Shown here in pieces: positions 60,842-64,000 of a stretch of DNA of 64,000 nt. The first letter of the stretch is position 1. Every line of letters begins with the position of its first letter. Both the position numbers and the translations under genes were made by a program. Location: assembly GCA_963675495.1 (NCBI GenBank), contig OY776215.1, positions 576,001-640,000 on the forward strand, written 5' to 3'. Below the pieces are notes generated by a model. It did no database searches, was not told the DNA's origin, and was given only the letters and a program-made list of their open reading frames with translations. This DNA comes from an uncultured Methanolobus sp. (GTDB lineage: Archaea; Halobacteriota; Methanosarcinia; Methanosarcinales; Methanosarcinaceae).

Positions 60842-62089
60842 TTGAAAATACTGATGCTAGACATACTTAAGCCATTAACATCCGCAGATGGTTCTTTAAT
60901 TCATAGATATGAACTACTAAGCAATTTAGCTAAATCAAATCATGAAATTCATACCTTTGTTATGAACAATTTTAATTATTCAATACCTGATATAAAATGT
61001 TACCACATATCATCTACTAATATTTTTACAACATTTTTAAATTATATAAGTACTCTAACATATGTATTTATATTTAAAAAATACGATATAATAAGCACAA
61101 GAAATTCAAATTTTGTTTTATTCTTTGGTTTGTTTTTTAAAAAAATAAAAAATAGCCACTTAATTTATGAATTAAATGGTATTCCTGAAGATGAACATCA
61201 AATCACAAGAAATTATTCGATGAAAAATGGAACCGAAATAACAGAAATTAATCCATTTACCAAATATATAAGTGGTATATTTCGGTACATTCTAACAAAA
61301 TACCAGCTCACCCAATCTAAGATCAGATGTTTAATATTTGAAAATGCAATGAGATATTCTACTAAAATAATCGCCGTTACTCCAGGTATCAAAGAATTCA
61401 TACATAATAATTATGGAGTTAATAATGAAAAAATTGTTGTAATTAATAACGGTGCAAACACGGATTTATTTAGACCAATGAATCAAAAAGAAAGCAAAAT
61501 TAACTTGAAATTACAAGTATCAAAAAATTATGTATGCTTTGTAGGGAATTTTGCTCCGTGGCAAGGTGTTGAATACCTTATACAGGCTGCTACATTTGTC
61601 TTAATAGAATGTCCAAATGCACGTTTTTTGATCGTAGGGGATGGTGATATGAAAGAAGACTGGATGAAACTTACTCATAATCTAGGATTAATTGACAAAT
61701 TTATCTTTACTGGCAAAGTACCATATGAATTAATTAATTTATATATTAATACTAGTGATGTTTGTGTCGCTCCTTTCGTGGTGGCTAGAAATGCCAAAAT
61801 AGGATTATCTCCGTTGAAAATTTATGAATACTTGTCATGTGGTAAGCCTGTTGTAGCAAGCAATATACCCGGTGTAAGTGATTTACTTCAACATTCAGGT
61901 GGAGGAATTGTTGTGACGCCTGAAAGTCCCATAGATATTGCAGCGGCAATCATTCAATTGATTCGAAGTGAAAGTCTTAAGATGCAAATGGGTTCAAATG
62001 GTCGTGAATATGTCATGAAGAATCATAGCTGGGCTAGCTCTACAAAGAAAGTATTAGATGTTTATGAAAATGTTATTGCTGACTATTAG
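60842..62089 (+). CDS. GT4 glycosyltransferase
   Basis: FVGNFAPWQGV, SPLKIYEYLSCGKPVV. Confidence 0.9.
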   Translation: MKILMLDILKPLTSADGSLIHRYELLSNLAKSNHEIHTFVMNNFNYSIPDIKCYHISSTNIFTTFLNYISTLTYVFIFKKYDIISTRNSNFVLFFGLFFKKIKNSHLIYELNGIPEDEHQITRNYSMKNGTEITEINPFTKYISGIFRYILTKYQLTQSKIRCLIFENAMRYSTKIIAVTPGIKEFIHNNYGVNNEKIVVINNGANTDLFRPMNQKESKINLKLQVSKNYVCFVGNFAPWQGVEYLIQAATFVLIECPNARFLIVGDGDMKEDWMKLTHNLGLIDKFIFTGKVPYELINLYINTSDVCVAPFVVARNAKIGLSPLKIYEYLSCGKPVVASNIPGVSDLLQHSGGGIVVTPESPIDIAAAIIQLIRSESLKMQMGSNGREYVMKNHSWASSTKKVLDVYENVIADY

Positions 62090-62184
62090 CCTATTTAAAG
62101 CAAACTTTTAAGAATAGAACCCCATAACTTGAACGTATAGTTTAGCAATGTATGATTTATCTTAAATTGTTGGATTGAATACTT

Positions 62185-64000
62185 ATGAATAAAAAAGTTA
62201 ATAATATATTAAATAAAAATTATATTTACAGAAATTTTGATGTCATCATTGGAGTTGCGTCATTGATTTTTGGTGCATCAATTGTTTATGTATCTATTGG
62301 TCTAAGGGAAATATATCAAGAAGACCTCGGCACAATTGTGGTATTGTCATCATTATTTTATTTATATTTTAAAAAAAATATTATTAAAAAACGTACAATC
62401 TCTATACATATTAGCAATACTATAAAAATATGTAATAATATATTATTTGCAATTTCAATTTTAGTTAGTATGTGGATTGTCTGGAACTCTTTGTATTATC
62501 GTCCTGCTACTTTTTTTATATTCATTACCATAGCTGCTGCATCTATCATATTTGAAATATTTTACACAGAAAATGCAAAAAAACATTATTTTATTTTAAT
62601 TAAAATCCTCGTTTTAAGTCTAATAGTACGTGCAAGTTTATATTACGAATTTTCTGGAATATATGGTGTTGATCCCTGGATACACAATGAATTAATAAAA
62701 GCTACAATTGCCACTGGACATGTAGTTAAGGGTACACATTTTCGTTCAAATTCGTACTATGAATTTCCAATATATCATATCGCTTGTGCAATAGTACACA
62801 TAGTATCTTCATTAAACATATACAATGGAATATTCCTTTCTATGGGGTTTATTGCAAGCATGTCGAGTATATTCGTGTTTTTCATTGGTACAAAAATTGC
62901 AGATTCAAGGGTCGGTTTACTTTCGGCATTGGTTCTAAATCTTAGTGAATATAGTATTCTATGGGGTATTAATATAATGCCAATGTCACTTGGATTTTTC
63001 TTTGTATCAATCATTATGTATATTATTCTATGCAAAAATGGACTGAATTATAAATACTTAATGATGATTTTATCTTATTCCTTGATATTAACACATACAA
63101 TTGCAACAATTATAATGTATCTTATTATTACTGTTACTGTTGCAGTCAACAATTTATATAGTCGTATAGAAAATACCAAAGCAAAAAATCAAATGATAGT
63201 ATCTATAGGATTCCTAACCCTTTTTAGTGTTGTGATGATTCAAATGTGGATGAAGACGTCCCCTATTGAATCTAGATCTTTTTTTGAGACGATAATGAGA
63301 GGATTGATTTATTCAATATCTAATGATGCTGAACTGGTGGTTCATCGACCAACAAATATAGCTGAAATTGACACCCCTTATATCAATACAGTTCTTTCTC
63401 ATTTGGGATATTATCTGCTATTGGGATTAGGTTTAATAGGATCATTAATTTGGTTGAATATTAAAAACCGTGATTTGCATAAAATAACATTAGTTTCAAT
63501 TGTACTGATGTTCATTATTTGTATATATTCTTTTATTATAGTTTCATTAAATAACATATTACCGGATCGTTGGTTTTCATTTATGTATATTCCACTTTTA
63601 GTTATTGGCATGCAAGGATTAATAAACATGACAAATATATTTCGAAAAGATACTTCCCGTGTCCTCTCAATAGTATTTGTGATTATTACAATAATATTTA
63701 TGATGACGACAAATTCATTGGTAAATCCTGATAATCCCCTCTATCCACAAGAATCTGCCATTAGACTAGGATATACTCAATCAGAACTTGCTGCAGTGGT
63801 CAGCATATCTCAAATGCAAGTTAGACCTATTACAGATTTATATTATGCACTAATATTTCCTTATGTAATAGGAGATGAAAATTATGATAATATGAGTTTA
63901 AGTAAGTCTCAAATTATTGTAATTCGAAATTATAATCTTCATAACCCATCACATAATGATGAATACCGAGCTTCTTTGCACTATGGTAGGAGTTATTACG
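62185..64000 (+). CDS. Polytopic membrane protein of glycan locus (putative polymerase/GT-C-like); 3'-truncated by the window edge
   Basis: ATG at 62185; reads open where translated and is absent from the ORF track, consistent with no stop before the window end; many TM segments; YGVDPWIH and YYEFPIYH resemble GDPPTH and YYPLDH of 24289-26148. Confidence 0.72.
   Translation, partial: MNKKVNNILNKNYIYRNFDVIIGVASLIFGASIVYVSIGLREIYQEDLGTIVVLSSLFYLYFKKNIIKKRTISIHISNTIKICNNILFAISILVSMWIVWNSLYYRPATFFIFITIAAASIIFEIFYTENAKKHYFILIKILVLSLIVRASLYYEFSGIYGVDPWIHNELIKATIATGHVVKGTHFRSNSYYEFPIYHIACAIVHIVSSLNIYNGIFLSMGFIASMSSIFVFFIGTKIADSRVGLLSALVLNLSEYSILWGINIMPMSLGFFFVSIIMYIILCKNGLNYKYLMMILSYSLILTHTIATIIMYLIITVTVAVNNLYSRIENTKAKNQMIVSIGFLTLFSVVMIQMWMKTSPIESRSFFETIMRGLIYSISNDAELVVHRPTNIAEIDTPYINTVLSHLGYYLLLGLGLIGSLIWLNIKNRDLHKITLVSIVLMFIICIYSFIIVSLNNILPDRWFSFMYIPLLVIGMQGLINMTNIFRKDTSRVLSIVFVIITIIFMMTTNSLVNPDNPLYPQESAIRLGYTQSELAAVVSISQMQVRPITDLYYALIFPYVIGDENYDNMSLSKSQIIVIRNYNLHNPSHNDEYRASLHYGRSYY

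Overview
Chromosomal segment of a methanogenic archaeon; the gene content and GGTG/GGAG-type ribosome-binding sites suggest Methanosarcinaceae (inference). A housekeeping block (TolB-like gene, carA-carB-argG) is followed by an accessory region with two surface-glycan loci. Locus 1 (~14.4-32 kb) holds dTDP-rhamnose genes, a flippase, glycosyltransferases, a CapK-like ligase and an intact IS1634-family element. Locus 2 (~46.5-64 kb) holds a PPTase/ACP/adenylation/amidotransferase/NadE-like/FabG-like operon, deacetylases and glycosyltransferases. A hybrid histidine kinase with three membrane hydrolase paralogs lies between them. The most striking feature is a 23-bp GC-rich hairpin-containing motif (consensus GTGCCGCCTGCGGCG(T/G)ATGGTTG) seen 15 times clearly and 4 times degenerately, always between genes. 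It forms two oppositely oriented arrays (6.5-12.8 kb on +, 32.8-40.0 kb on -). Each inter-repeat interval carries one toxin-antitoxin pair, one ATPase or other single gene, or a short empty spacer. Chimeric flanks (an apparent empty site), a duplicated module and a 40-bp perfect duplication suggest cassette shuffling at this motif, resembling an integron but without attC sites or any recombinase in the window.
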